A DNA stretch of 64,000 nucleotides from positions 43,677 through 107,676 of the forward strand of contig JBOEHJ010000023.1 of the NCBI GenBank assembly GCA_050633905.1, written 5' to 3'. A model generated the notes under the pieces. That model saw only the letters and a list, made by a program, of their open reading frames with translations. It had not been told where the DNA came from and did no database searches. A program made the translations under genes and the position numbers. This DNA comes from Geminicoccales bacterium. GTDB taxonomy: Bacteria; Pseudomonadota; Alphaproteobacteria; Geminicoccales; Geminicoccaceae. Positions 28,341 through 36,879 of the stretch are shown here, in pieces (position 1 is the first letter of the stretch; the number at the start of each line of letters is the position of its first letter).

Positions 28341-28925
28341 ATGCTGAAAAGTTTTTTCCGTGCCGCTATGTTCGGCGCCCTCACATGCCTTGTTATGCCA
28401 AACCCCGCCGTTGCCAATGACTATGAGCAACAATTGCGCGAGGTTTTCGAGCAGCGTCTCAAACATTGGCTCGAAGACAAAGATCTGGTCGAAGCGATCC
28501 GGCTGCAAAATGCAGAACACGACACCCTGGACGCTGCCAGGATTGACGCGCTCGATAGCGACTGGCGCCAGCAGGCTAAAGCAGGCGGCGGCCCCCTGAT
28601 CGATCGTATCAAAAAGAAGAAGGCCTCCTCATTCCTGTTTAATCAAAAACAGAAATCCGATGATCTGGTCACCGAGGTTTTTGTGATGGACAACAAAGGC
28701 CTGAACGTCGCTATCAGCGATGTGACATCTGACTACATGCAAGGTGATGAAGCCAAGTGGCAAAAGACCTACATGAAGGGTGTTGGCGAGCTCTTTATTG
28801 ACGATGTCGAGTTTGATGACAGCACAGAAACCTTCCAGTGCCAGGTGAGTGCAACGATCGCCGACCCATCGACGGGCGAAGCCATTGGTGCAGTCACCTT
28901 TGGCATCAATATCGAGGTTCTCTAA
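28341..28925 (+). CDS. Small secreted protein with a PAS/PDC(Cache)-like fold (hypothetical)
   Basis: The signal peptide is MLKSFFRAAMFGALTCLVMPNPAVAN. The region VTEVFVMDNKGLNVAISDVTSDYMQGDEAKWQKTY...GELFIDDVEFDDSTETFQCQVSATIADPSTGEAIGAVTFGINIEVL resembles periplasmic PDC-type sensor modules. The family call is by resemblance only. Confidence 0.5.
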   Translation: MLKSFFRAAMFGALTCLVMPNPAVANDYEQQLREVFEQRLKHWLEDKDLVEAIRLQNAEHDTLDAARIDALDSDWRQQAKAGGGPLIDRIKKKKASSFLFNQKQKSDDLVTEVFVMDNKGLNVAISDVTSDYMQGDEAKWQKTYMKGVGELFIDDVEFDDSTETFQCQVSATIADPSTGEAIGAVTFGINIEVL

Positions 28926-29516
28926 CCTCTTGTGTCCCAAGTATTGATGAGCCCATGAGCGACACCAGGATTGGTGCCGTTCATGGGCTACCAAATGCCT
29001 GTTTTCCTCACGCTGACAACGATAAAGATCATTGTTCTCGAAGTGATCACCTCTACTATTCGCCCCCATGCACTCATCGCATTCCCTTCTTTCCCACCCA
29101 ACCGCCCGATATCCTGCGGGCGATTCGGAGATCAATGGAAAAGGCAGCCCTTGCAACCGAGCAAGTCCTAGGAAGTGAGCATCATTGGCGAATTTCTGAT
29201 GAATGGCGACGAGAAGCCAGATCAGCTGGCCTCGAACGCCAGCGTGCTTCAAGGAAGCGTTACCGTCAATCAGTCGCGAACGAACAAGACCCAGGTGGAA
29301 TGGATCAACGGGCAAATTCCCGATGTAAAGGAATCAAAGCGCACTGATCGCTGATCGGCAACGAACATCTTGTCAATTTCGTCGACTGCCCTAAGGTCAT
29401 GAATAGCTTGGTCCATGCATTGACAGCGCGATGGCTGCTTAGAGCGCTGACAAAGCTGCACACGCGTCCAGGTCTTGGATCTCTCAATCAGGTTTGTCAG
29501 TTAATCGGAGCTATGC

Positions 29517-31361
29517 ATGCTGTTCCGTTGGTTCGAGACGCGTGTCGATCCGTTTCCAGGGGATGAGCCGACTAAGCCTCCGACGGGCCTGATCGCCTTT
29601 TGCCTGCACTATGCCAAGCCCGTTTGGAAGGTTTTGGCACTGATGTCGCTCACGGCGGCGGCGGTATCGATCATGGAGGTGATGCTCTTTGCCTTCATGG
29701 GACGATTGGTCGATTGGCTGGCCGAGGCTGATCGCGCGACATTCCTTGCGGATGAAGGCTGGACGCTCTTTCTGATGGCCCTGGTCGTCCTAGTCTTCTT
29801 GCCGCTCACCACGCTGATCGGTTCTTTGATCATCCATCAATCCTTGCTCGGCAATTTTCCCATGATCCTGCGCTGGCAAGCGCATCGTTACCTTCTCGGC
29901 CAAAGCCTAACCTTTTTTCAAGATGAGTTCGCCGGGCGCGTGGCGACCAAGGTAATGCAATCCTCGCTGGCCGTGCGCGAGGCCGTGATGAAGGTCTTGG
30001 ACGTCCTTCTCTATGTCGCCGTTTACTTCACCGGGATGATCATCCTCGTCGCCAGCGCCGATCTTCGCATGACGATCCCGCTGATCCTTTGGCTGCTCGC
30101 TTATGTCGCCGCCTTATGGTTTTTCCTCCCCAGGCTCCAAGCGGTCTCCAAACGTCAGGCGGATGCGCGAGCACTCATGACCGGCCGCGTCGTCGACAGC
30201 TACACCAATATCCAAACGGTCAAGCTGTTCTCTCATGCGGGGCGCGAACTCGACTATGCGCGGGACAGCATGAAAGGCTTCTTAGGCACCGTGCATGATC
30301 AAATGCGGCTTGTGACCGGCCTGCAAGTCTCGATGGCAGTCTTGAACGCACTGCTCCTATTTGGCGTTGCGGCTGTTTCGATCTGGCTCTGGTCCGTGAA
30401 TGCCACCACACTCGGCGCGATCGCGGTTGCCATCGGGCTGGTTCTTCGTCTCAGCGGCATGTCCCAATGGATCATGTGGGAAGTGTCGGCTTTGTTCGAG
30501 AATATCGGCACCGTGCAGGACGGCATTACCACGCTCGCTCAATCCCAGGACGTGACCGACGATGCCAAGGCAAAGCCGCTCAATGTGACCGAGGGCAAGA
30601 TCGTCTTCGATCATGTGCGCTTTCACTATGGCAAGACCAAAGGGGTGATCGAAGATCTGTCGCTTGCGATCGAGCCGGGTGAGAAAGTCGGCCTCGTCGG
30701 CCGTTCAGGCGCCGGCAAGTCGACACTGGTTAACCTGCTGCTGCGTTTTTACGATATCGAAGGTGGGCGTATTTTGATCGATGGTCAGGATATCGCGCGA
30801 GTGACTCAGGAAAGCTTGCGTGAAGCGATCGGCATGGTCACCCAGGACACGTCTCTACTCCACCGTTCAGTGCGCGAAAATATTCTCTATGGCCGCCCCG
30901 AAGCCGGCGATGCTGCGATGCGCGTTGCAGCGCGAAAAGCCGAGGCCGATGCGTTCATTGACGATCTCACCGATCCCAAGGGGCGCAGCGCCTATGATGC
31001 CCATGTTGGCGAGCGGGGTGTGAAGCTCTCAGGCGGCCAGCGTCAGCGCATCGCGATCGCCCGTGTGCTCTTGAAAGATGCCCCCATCCTTCTCCTTGAT
31101 GAGGCCACCTCAGCTCTTGATTCCGAGGTGGAAGCGGCGATCCAGCAAAGCCTTTATCGTCTGATGAGCGGCAAGACTGTGATCGCGATCGCCCATCGCC
31201 TCTCCACCATCGCCGCCATGGACCGGCTGATCGTGCTCGATCAGGGATGCATCGTCGAACAAGGTCGCCATGAGGATCTGATCGAGATGGATGGCGTCTA
31301 CGCGAAGCTCTGGCGACGTCAATCCGGCGGCTTTATCGATGCGATCAAGGCAGCGGAATAA
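29517..31361 (+). CDS. Fused ABC exporter (transmembrane domain plus ATPase), MsbA/multidrug-like
   Basis: A six-TM ABC_membrane N-half, then GLVGRSGAGKSTL (Walker A), LSGGQRQRIAIARVL (signature) and LLLDEATSALD (Walker B). Confidence 0.9.
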   Translation: MLFRWFETRVDPFPGDEPTKPPTGLIAFCLHYAKPVWKVLALMSLTAAAVSIMEVMLFAFMGRLVDWLAEADRATFLADEGWTLFLMALVVLVFLPLTTLIGSLIIHQSLLGNFPMILRWQAHRYLLGQSLTFFQDEFAGRVATKVMQSSLAVREAVMKVLDVLLYVAVYFTGMIILVASADLRMTIPLILWLLAYVAALWFFLPRLQAVSKRQADARALMTGRVVDSYTNIQTVKLFSHAGRELDYARDSMKGFLGTVHDQMRLVTGLQVSMAVLNALLLFGVAAVSIWLWSVNATTLGAIAVAIGLVLRLSGMSQWIMWEVSALFENIGTVQDGITTLAQSQDVTDDAKAKPLNVTEGKIVFDHVRFHYGKTKGVIEDLSLAIEPGEKVGLVGRSGAGKSTLVNLLLRFYDIEGGRILIDGQDIARVTQESLREAIGMVTQDTSLLHRSVRENILYGRPEAGDAAMRVAARKAEADAFIDDLTDPKGRSAYDAHVGERGVKLSGGQRQRIAIARVLLKDAPILLLDEATSALDSEVEAAIQQSLYRLMSGKTVIAIAHRLSTIAAMDRLIVLDQGCIVEQGRHEDLIEMDGVYAKLWRRQSGGFIDAIKAAE

Positions 31362-31368
31362 GAGCCTT

Positions 31369-31457
31369 TATGGAATGTCCACATCATTTGATTCGCGCAG
31401 ACATCGTTATGATCAATGGCATCCGGCCAAGTTTTCACAAACAGTGGTGGGGATCAC
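31369..31457 (+). repeat. REP/RIME-like palindromic intergenic element, copy R3
   Basis: TATGGAATGTCCACATCATTTG...GATCAATGGCATCCGGCCAAGTTTTCACAAACAGTGGTGGGGATCAC lies 8 nt after the ABC exporter stop, between convergent genes. Confidence 0.75.
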
Positions 31458-31464
31458 TGATCGA

Positions 31465-31959
31465 CTATGCCTCGTCCGTCCAATAGTCGACTCCGATATC
31501 ATCGCGAACGACCTCGAACATCCCGTAAGGGCCTCGTCCCGGTGCGGCCCCGGCGACCATCGCGCGCTTGCCGCTATCCGGATATTCAGCAACTTCAGGG
31601 TGGATCATCGTGCTGATGGCGAGATAACGGAGCTCAACCTTCGAGCTGTTGACGATTTGATGCGCCGTTCCCTTTCCAGCCTTGGCCGAAATGACGTCGC
31701 CCGCTTTGATCGGATGATGTTCGCCGTCATAACGAAGCGTGCCCTCACCTTCGAGAACGACGAACATTTCTTCATTAGCATGATGCAGATGGTAGGGCCA
31801 AGCTTTCTTGCCGGGCGGCACGATCACCAAGCTGCAGCCGAGCTTTTCCGAACCGAGCGCTTTACCCACGCGCGTGATCTCAGCTTGAAACGTCTCACCA
31901 TGGCTGATCGCCTGACGTGGTAGATCGGCAAGATTGGCGATAGGTTTTGTCTTGGTCAC
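31465..31959 (-). CDS. Cupin-domain protein
   Basis: PPGKKAWPYHLHHANEEMFVVLEGEGTLRYDGEHHPIKAGDVI...GTAHQIVN gives cupin motifs 1 and 2. Confidence 0.8.
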   Translation of the reverse strand: MTKTKPIANLADLPRQAISHGETFQAEITRVGKALGSEKLGCSLVIVPPGKKAWPYHLHHANEEMFVVLEGEGTLRYDGEHHPIKAGDVISAKAGKGTAHQIVNSSKVELRYLAISTMIHPEVAEYPDSGKRAMVAGAAPGRGPYGMFEVVRDDIGVDYWTDEA

Positions 31960-32209
31960 AACGGATTCCCTTCGATCAGATTGGTGAAGAACCTATCAAA
32001 GCGAGGTTGAGCGCGACAAACGCGGGCCTCGCGTCCTGTAACCCGAACTGGCTCACGGCTCTCCTGACATCTCTTGTCAACAGAGCCTCGGCGCGGCATC
32101 GACCGTTGATCCTAAATGTCGTAGTCGTTTGGTGTTAGGTCATTATGACAAGCTGCACCACCAAAGGCGGTTGGACAGCTTTCAAGTCAATTTAGTCTAG
32201 GAAAAGATC

Positions 32210-32641
32210 ATGTCCGTTAGCCCTATCCCAGAAGGTCAGCAATCTGTCACACCCTATCTCGTCGTGCATGATGCCGCGTCACTGATCACGTTTCTGCAAT
32301 CCGCGTTCGATGCAGAGGAAATCATTCGCCATGCCCGACCCGACGGTACGATCATGCATGCGCAGATCAAAATTGGCCAGTCGCTGGTGATGATGGGTGA
32401 GCCCATGGGCAACCAGCAGCCCAAACCCGCCATGCTGCATCTCTATGTCGATGCGGTCGACAACGTCTACCAAAACGCCCTGAAGGCCGGCGCCACCTCG
32501 ATCATGGAGCCAAGCGATCAGTTCTACGGCGACCGATGCAGCGGGGTCGCCGACAAGCATGGCAATACATGGTGGATCGCGAGCCATATCGAGGATGTCT
32601 CGAGAGAGGAGATGGCAAAGCGCATCGCCGCTGCCGGCTGA
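32210..32641 (+). CDS. VOC (glyoxalase/bleomycin-resistance/dioxygenase) family protein, PhnB-like
   Basis: SVTPYLVVHDAASLITFLQSAFDAEEI...IMHAQIKIGQSLVMMGE...FYGDRCSGVADKHGNTWWIASH matches the 3-demethylubiquinone/PhnB-like VOC pattern. Confidence 0.8.
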   Translation: MSVSPIPEGQQSVTPYLVVHDAASLITFLQSAFDAEEIIRHARPDGTIMHAQIKIGQSLVMMGEPMGNQQPKPAMLHLYVDAVDNVYQNALKAGATSIMEPSDQFYGDRCSGVADKHGNTWWIASHIEDVSREEMAKRIAAAG

Positions 32642-32650
32642 ACGGCTACC

Positions 32651-33451
32651 ATGTTCAGCCATATAACTCTTGGCACCAATGATCTGGCTCGTGCCGAAGT
32701 GTTCTACGCGGCGGTGGGACCAACACTTGGCATGCCACTTCAGGGCGTCGATCATGACGAGGGCGATCTCAGGATCGTCAGACGTGATCGGCGTTCTCCC
32801 CCTTTGATCGTCTGCCGCCCCTTCGACGATCAGCCGGCAAGCTCAGGCAATGGCTTTCACATCGCCTTCATGGCCGAGAGCCCGGAGATGGTTGACAAGT
32901 TTCACGCAACGGCCCTCACCCATGGTGGCTCTGATGAGGGGCAACCCGGTTTGCGATCGATCTACGCGCCGGATTACTATGCCGCCTATATCCGCGATCC
33001 CGATGGCAATAAGCTGCAGGCTGTACACTATATCGACGGTCGAAAAAGTGGAACAAACGGGGATGTAATCTCGCATATCACCGTTGGTCATGCCGGTTTT
33101 GAGCAGGCTTATCGCTTCTATGAAAACCTGTTGGCGCCGCTCGGCATTGTCGACATCCCCGAGGAGGCCTATCCCAGCCTCGCCGGCTTTGGCATTCCCG
33201 GCTACAGGACGCCGATCGTCTACCTGCAACAACCTTACGACGCGCGCGCGCCAAGTCATGGCAATGGCACTCATGTTGCCTTTACAGCACCTGACCGTGA
33301 AGCGGTCGATCTCTTCTACGAAGCAGCATTGAGCCAGGGCGGCCGACCCGACGGCGCGCCTGGTCTGCGGCCGCATTACGCTGCTGACTATTACGCCGCC
33401 TATGTGCGTGATCATGTCGGGAACAAACTGCAGGCTGTTTGCCGCGGGTGA
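32651..33451 (+). CDS. Two-domain VOC family protein
   Basis: Two repeats of the pattern HITLGTNDLARAEVFY...GNGFHIAFMA...YYAAYIRDPDGNKLQAV and HITVGHAGFEQAYRFY...GNGTHVAFTA...YYAAYVRDHVGNKLQAV. Confidence 0.8.
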   Translation: MFSHITLGTNDLARAEVFYAAVGPTLGMPLQGVDHDEGDLRIVRRDRRSPPLIVCRPFDDQPASSGNGFHIAFMAESPEMVDKFHATALTHGGSDEGQPGLRSIYAPDYYAAYIRDPDGNKLQAVHYIDGRKSGTNGDVISHITVGHAGFEQAYRFYENLLAPLGIVDIPEEAYPSLAGFGIPGYRTPIVYLQQPYDARAPSHGNGTHVAFTAPDREAVDLFYEAALSQGGRPDGAPGLRPHYAADYYAAYVRDHVGNKLQAVCRG

Positions 33452-34332
33452 TGCCGACCTTGCAACCGAGAGGCTTGGACCTGACACGGAGGCAACTCCT
33501 CACATCAATGTTCGGCGTCGGGCTTTTGCTTCGTCACAATCACCTGCTGGCCGACAATGTCGTCACGGAGCTGAAGCCAAGAGCTATCCCTGGCGACGTT
33601 GCCGACCTAGAGATCACGTTCTCCGCCATCGATTTGGCAAGCGATCGGCATACAGCATTCGACCTTGTGCATATCAACGACCGTCATTCACCCTGGTCCA
33701 CATTCAAAATCCCCAACCTGATCATCGCATTGGAGACAGGCGTGGCAATCGGTTTGGATCATCGACGCCGCTGGGATCCCCGCCGTTACCCCCAGCGGCC
33801 TCATTGGCCCAAGGACTGGAGCCAGGATCAATCGCTCAAAACGGCGTTTAAACGCTCGGTGCCATGGTATTTTCAGGAGATTGCTCGCGATGTCGGCACC
33901 GACCGATACCGGCGGTATTTGACAAGTTTCGACTACGGGAATTCCGATGTACAGGATAACAAAGACGACTTTTGGCTTGGTGGTTCGCTCCGGATTTCAG
34001 TGTTCGAACACATGACGTTCATCAAAAGGCTGATAGGTGGCGCATTCGCTATCAAGCCTGATAAATGGAATGCTCTGCGTAAGGTCTGTCTTATTGGGTC
34101 GGCCTCCGAACACAGGCTTTACGGCAAGACTGGAGCTGGCCCTCTACGGCCACATGAAATTGCTGCTCCATTCGAGGGCTGGCTAGTGGGTTGGATCGAA
34201 CGAAGCAAAACGCCGAGTGCGGCGTTCGCTTTGCATGTTATCGGCCCAGACTATCGCTCAATCCGAGCAGCGAGGCTTATGATCGCTGTTCGTTTACTCA
34301 AAGCATCCAACTTGCTTCCTGCAGCCTATTAG
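33451..34332 (+). CDS. Class D (OXA-type) beta-lactamase-like serine hydrolase with Tat-like signal
   Basis: Has the S-T-F-K motif (HSPWSTFKIPNLIIALETG), then SVPWYFQEIAR, YGN (FDYGNSDV) and KTG (YGKTGAG). The N-terminus is TRRQLLTSMFGVGLLL. The ATG overlaps the stop of the preceding VOC gene (TGATG). Confidence 0.8.
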   Translation: MPTLQPRGLDLTRRQLLTSMFGVGLLLRHNHLLADNVVTELKPRAIPGDVADLEITFSAIDLASDRHTAFDLVHINDRHSPWSTFKIPNLIIALETGVAIGLDHRRRWDPRRYPQRPHWPKDWSQDQSLKTAFKRSVPWYFQEIARDVGTDRYRRYLTSFDYGNSDVQDNKDDFWLGGSLRISVFEHMTFIKRLIGGAFAIKPDKWNALRKVCLIGSASEHRLYGKTGAGPLRPHEIAAPFEGWLVGWIERSKTPSAAFALHVIGPDYRSIRAARLMIAVRLLKASNLLPAAY

Positions 34333-34409
34333 GTCCTTACCTCAATCGATAAAGATGGCGCCGATGGGCAAGAGCGTTATGCTCTGGGCTGATCAAAAAT
34401 GGAACCTCG

Positions 34410-35306
34410 ATGAAACCAGGAAAGGCTTTCACCCCCGCCCCTGAGCGGATCGGGTTTGGCATTGCCTGCGCTCTTACCGGTATTTTCGGCATGTCGGTCA
34501 TGGATGCCTGCGCCAAACTCCTCGGCGAGGGCTATGCCGTCAGCCAGATCATCCTGTTGCGCAACTTTTTCGGTGTCCTGGCCGTGCTGGTGTTTGTCGC
34601 AGCCAGCGGCCGCGGTTTGGCGCCCTTGCAACCCCATCGCCCAGGCCTTCTAGTCCTGCGTACCCTGTTCAGCCTTGGCGCCGGATTTCTTTTCTTCACC
34701 GGCCTGCGTTATCTGCCTCTGGCCGATGCCTTTGCCATCGCCTTTACAGCCCCTCTCTTCATCACCGCCCTGTCGGTGCCACTCTTGGGTGAGCAGGTCG
34801 GGCCGCGTCGCTGGGCCGCCGTGATCGTTGGCTTCATTGGTGTACTGGTGGTCATGCGACCCGGCACGTCGAGCTTTCGCCTGGAAGCCTTGTTGCCGCT
34901 TGGCGCCGCCTTTTTCTACGCACTTACCATGCTGGTCAGTCGAAAATTGACCCGTGACGTGACCACCTCGGCCATTATGTTCTGGTCGAGCCTTGGTGCT
35001 GCGTTGACCGCCTTAACATTGATGCCGAGCCAATGGCGAGCACCCGATGCCGCCGATCTTGGATTGTTCGTGTTCATGGGCATCGTCGGCACGCTCGCCA
35101 TGTCGCTGATCACCCAGGGCTATCGTTTCGCACCTGCGGCGGTCATTGCGCCGTTCGACTACTCGGCCCTCTTTTGGGCCGTGCTTCTCGGATGGCTGAT
35201 CTGGCAGGATATCCCCGGCCCCAATGTCTGGGCCGGCTCAGCCATCCTGATCGCCAGCGGTCTCTATATCCTGCATCGTGAAACCAGACGCCAGGATCAG
35301 GCATGA
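34410..35306 (+). CDS. DMT-superfamily transporter (EamA/RhaT type)
   Basis: A 298-aa protein with about 10 TM segments and two EamA-like halves. Confidence 0.8.
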   Translation: MKPGKAFTPAPERIGFGIACALTGIFGMSVMDACAKLLGEGYAVSQIILLRNFFGVLAVLVFVAASGRGLAPLQPHRPGLLVLRTLFSLGAGFLFFTGLRYLPLADAFAIAFTAPLFITALSVPLLGEQVGPRRWAAVIVGFIGVLVVMRPGTSSFRLEALLPLGAAFFYALTMLVSRKLTRDVTTSAIMFWSSLGAALTALTLMPSQWRAPDAADLGLFVFMGIVGTLAMSLITQGYRFAPAAVIAPFDYSALFWAVLLGWLIWQDIPGPNVWAGSAILIASGLYILHRETRRQDQA

Positions 35307-35344
35307 TGAAACCCTCAGTGAGAAACTGTCGGCCTCGCACAAGG

Positions 35345-35614
35345 TCACTTCGTTCCTGCCCGCCGCCGTCTCGCCCGGTCATGCAGAGCGTGTGCAGCGT
35401 TCACCCGAACCGGCAAATCGATGGCCCAAAGAAGTTCTTCTCGGGTCACTCCAATATCGTCGAGCATGTGATCATCCAGCGCCTGCATCCGATGAAGCCG
35501 CCAGCGACGGCGAATACAATGGGCCGTCTCGAAGAAAGCGATGACCATGCTCGACACCCACCAAGGGCTACGTCGATGGCCGGTGATAGAAGGGATTTGT
35601 GACGTTGTGAACAT
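35345..35614 (-). CDS. DUF1127-domain small protein (pair 1)
   Basis: Arg-rich region then the DUF1127 signature RRRWRLHRMQALDDHMLDDIGVTREEL. The ATG at 35614 is preceded by AGGAGG. It is divergent from the LysR gene. Confidence 0.75.
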   Translation of the reverse strand: MFTTSQIPSITGHRRSPWWVSSMVIAFFETAHCIRRRWRLHRMQALDDHMLDDIGVTREELLWAIDLPVRVNAAHALHDRARRRRAGTK

Positions 35615-35771
35615 CGTGATCCTCCTGCCCGCCGACATCGCTGTCGGCAGCATCCTTGGGATTGATAGAGTGAAAGATCGCGATCTCTTGATCGACCATG
35701 ACGGCGAATGATTGATCAAGCAAACGAATTCATTTTATGTTATCGTTCAATAAAACTGAACAGAGAAAACC

Positions 35772-36665
35772 ATGGATAATCCATCCAACATCTCCCTGCC
35801 GATGCTCGACAACGACTTGTTGCGCACCTTCGTTGCTATCGCCGAGACTGGTAGTTTTCGGGCCGCCGCCAAGCGGGTTTATCGAACGCCGTCAGCTGTC
35901 AGCATGCAAATCAAGAAACTTGAGGAGACGTTGCGGCGCCCCCTATTTCTGCGTGATGGTCGGCAGGTAACCATCACGGCGGATGGTGAAATTCTGCTCG
36001 GCTATAGCCGACGCATGCTCAAATTGAATGACGAGGCTTTGGCTCGCTTCGTTGCCCCCGCCATCGAAGGCTGCGTTCGTCTGGGAGCACCCGACGACTT
36101 CGGCACGCGCTTTCTCCCCAATATTCTCAGCCGTTTCGCCGCCGTTCATGGTGCCGTCGATGTCGAGGTGTTGCTGGAACCGAGTGTGCAATTACTGCAA
36201 CGTCTTGAAGACGGCAGCCTCGATCTTACCCTCATCACCACCAACCATGGGGACAAGGGTGACCGAAGCGGCGAGGTCATCTTCACCGAACCGCTGGTCT
36301 GGGTCGGCTTGAAAGGCGGGATTGCCTGGGAACGGGAACCCTTGCCGCTGGCCTTGGCAACTCATGGCTGTTCTTGGCGGCAATCCGCACTCGACGTGCT
36401 GGATCGGGCAGGCAAATCCTACAGGATCGCCTATGGCAGCTCCCATTGCGCTGGTCAGCAAGCCGCCTTGCTCGCCGATCTCGCCATCGCCCCCTTCCCT
36501 GCCAGCCTGGTCGCTCCCCCCTATCGCCGCCTTGGTCAAAACGAAGACCTGCCAAAGCTGGAAAATTACGATATCCGGCTATTGAAACGTCCCGATCTCG
36601 GCCCGGCTGGCGAAGCCTTAGCTACCGAGGTCAAAGCAAGTTTTCTGGCGCTTTCCGATGAGTAG
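35772..36665 (+). CDS. LysR-family transcriptional regulator (pair 1)
   Basis: The N-terminal HTH is LLRTFVAIAETGSFRAAAKRVYRTPSAVSMQIKKLEETLRRPLFLRDGRQ, followed by a LysR substrate-binding domain. Confidence 0.9.
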   Translation: MDNPSNISLPMLDNDLLRTFVAIAETGSFRAAAKRVYRTPSAVSMQIKKLEETLRRPLFLRDGRQVTITADGEILLGYSRRMLKLNDEALARFVAPAIEGCVRLGAPDDFGTRFLPNILSRFAAVHGAVDVEVLLEPSVQLLQRLEDGSLDLTLITTNHGDKGDRSGEVIFTEPLVWVGLKGGIAWEREPLPLALATHGCSWRQSALDVLDRAGKSYRIAYGSSHCAGQQAALLADLAIAPFPASLVAPPYRRLGQNEDLPKLENYDIRLLKRPDLGPAGEALATEVKASFLALSDE

Positions 36666-36707
36666 TGGACTATCCATTTCATTGGCATTTCTTCCTATTC
36701 ACGATAG
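36663..36707 (+). repeat. Possible internally deleted copy of the REP/RIME-like element
   Basis: TAGTGGACTATCCATTTCATTGGCATTTCTTCCTATTCACGATAG starts on the LysR stop. Its ends resemble the 5' box (TAGTGGCATGGCCACATCAT) and the 3' part (GGACATTTCTTGATGAATG) of copy R4. The match is weak. Confidence 0.3.
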
Positions 36708-36879
36708 AATAGTGATCTGTCGTGCCTAGCGAGACATCATTTTGAGCTCTTCCTGCGATAACTTCGAAAAACCAAATGAACCCGCACGTCGCGGAAGAGC
36801 TAAGCGTTTGGCCAATCGCGCTGGTGTCACTTCATAACAAGCTTCAACCTTCTTCGGATTTTCCCCAACCTCCTGCCCC

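Noticed and set aside
28629-29315. A 228-aa minus-strand ORF. An LYIGNLP string reminiscent of the RRM RNP-2 motif lies in the same frame just upstream of its first Met.
   Set aside because: Nothing else in the frame matches an RRM. The composition is atypical for coding sequence, and the 3' third overlaps the well-supported gene 28341..28925 on the other strand.
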